DNA of 63,324 bases, counting the filler, from Lenisia limosa (taxonomy: Eukaryota; Protista; Breviatea): NCBI GenBank assembly GCA_001655205.1. It is 8 parts of 8 records of this genome, joined end to end, with 100 filler letters (N's around TTAATTAATTAA, not from the genome) between each part and the next. Parts side by side here need not be neighbours in the genome. Positions count along the whole stretch, not along the records: positions 49,588 to 61,782 come from LPNZ01008650.1; positions 61,883 to 63,324 come from LPNZ01011240.1; 6 more parts are not named here. One strand, written 5' to 3'. The notes beneath the pieces are model-generated. The model saw only the letters and a list, made by a program, of their open reading frames with translations, searched no databases and had not been told where the DNA came from. Shown here piece by piece: positions 61,681 through 63,324 of this stretch. The position numbers were made by a program, and so were the translations under genes. Each line of letters starts with the position of its first letter. Positions within the stretch are counted from its first letter, which is position 1.

Positions 61681-63324
61681 ATGTTCTGATTATGTACTTT
61701 ATTTATTGTATTGATGCTTGTTGAAAAGAGGTCTGGTCTGTGGACTGGTGTGATATTGTTATTATCATTTTGTGATTGTTTCNNNNNNNNNNNNNNNNNN
61801 NNNNNNNNNNNNNNNNNNNNNNNNNNTTAATTAATTAANNNNNNNNNNNNNNNNNNNNNNNNNNNNNNNNNNNNNNNNNNNNAGGAGTGGGAAGTAATGG
61901 GATGTTAAATGTGGGAGAATAGAAAAGGAGGAGGGGGGGGGGTCACTTATGAACTTTTCACGACTTCCGCCGCCATTTGTCAAAATAATTAACACCTCTG
62001 GCCAAAAAAAACCGTCATCTCATAACACCATCATATATTTAGTCAAAATAGCACACATTTCATCAGACAAACAAACTCACCATCGTGTATGTATTTTGGC
62101 AAAATATCAGACATATGTACACTTTTCAGACCCTTTTCTGACTCCCAAGGACTACGCTACTCGAAGACAAAGCACTGGCCGACGTGTGAGTCTTCGTGGG
62201 GGGGGGGGGGNNNNNNNNNNNNNNNNNNNNNNNNNNNNNNNNNNNNNNNNNNNNNNNNNNNNNNNNNNNNNNNNNNNNNNNNNNNNNNNNNNNNNNNNNN
62301 NNNNNNNNNNNNNNNNNNNNNNNNAAAACAAATAAATACGTTCATATAACATAGATGCAGTGACCGGGATAAGTTTTGCGATTTGCTATGTGATTTCCCA
62401 AGGAGAATAAGTCAAGACTTATCCTACTGTTATGAAATGAAATGTATAATGTAATTACATACATGTTGCTATTTTACCATAAAAATAAATCGGTAGAGTA
62501 CTTATAAAGAAGGTTCGTTGATTTTTTGAATGTAGTAGCTGGTACGGAACTAAGTAGATGATGCGGAATTTGAGTGTACTAATAATATTAATTCGATACA
62601 AAGAAAACGAAAACAGTACACAGTTGAGTGTTTAACTTCCTAGTGCGTCCTGCTGACGAACCCGTTCTGGGTATCCCCATGACTGGACGTGAGTGGTGAT
62701 CATAGTAATAGTGGTGATGATAATAATAACTCTGCTGTAATTTTAGGGCGTACAAATGATTGAAAACAAAACAAAAAAAGAAGCAAAAACATTTCAGAAT
62801 ACAAAGGAGGTTTTTTGAGAACAAGAAGTTTTGTCGAAATACCACCATCACATTAATTATTATTATCACCACAGTTGATTGTGTTATTTTTCTGTTTCCT
62901 AAATNNNNNNNNNNNNNNNNNNNNNNNNNNNNNNNNNNNNNNNNNNNNNNNNNNNNNNNNNNNNNNNNNNNNNNNNNNNNNNNNNNNNNNNNNNNNNNNN
63001 NNNNNNNNNNNNNNNNNNNNNNNNNNNNNGGTGGGAATCGTCAAAGTTCAGTTCAGTTCAATTTAGTTCAGTTCATTATATTTCAGTTTATATTTCAGTT
63101 GATTAAGCTCATTATTGTTCAGTTTAGTTCATTAGTTTATTGTAGTTCAGCTCTGCTCATTGTAGTTCTTCCTCAAACAATTGACACTTCTAGGGAAGCC
63201 ACCCCCGTCGAGATGGGTGAAGAAACTGAGGTGGGTCTATTTTGGATCAGGAATGACCCATATCTGCTGTTGTAAAGCAAAGATACACAGAAATTAGAAT
63301 CTTTTTTTTTTTTTTTTTTTTTTT

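Overview
This window is not one contiguous locus. It is eight scaffolds joined by an artificial 100-nt spacer (44 N + TTAATTAATTAA + 44 N): about 1-12909, 13010-16315, 16416-19444, 19545-20829, 20930-25260, 25361-49487, 49588-61782 and 61883-63324. Seven pieces come from an intron-rich, AT-rich eukaryote, probably an amoeboid protist (inferred from gene content; species not identifiable). I reconstructed these genes by hand across GT-AG introns: a p24/TMED cargo receptor, ankyrin-repeat gene(s), a half-size ABCA transporter, mitochondrial DLST (2-oxoglutarate dehydrogenase E2), an RBM45-like multi-RRM protein, a multipass membrane protein, a MACPF (perforin-like) protein with EGF repeats, and a RasGEF. 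These pieces also carry a decayed, apparently intron-containing piggyBac transposase and several small palindromic MITE-like families inside introns. One piece (16416-19444) is bacterial and Flavobacteriaceae-like. It holds the most striking structure: a same-strand array of short genes, two of them surface lipoproteins, separated by 130-200 bp imperfect palindromes. These share a fixed architecture (CAAC-N3-GTRTA-N7-TTGC ... GCAA-N7-TAYAC-N6-GTTG) that resembles integron cassettes but does not match canonical attC geometry. No integrase is visible. All assignments are from motif recognition by eye; no searches were run.
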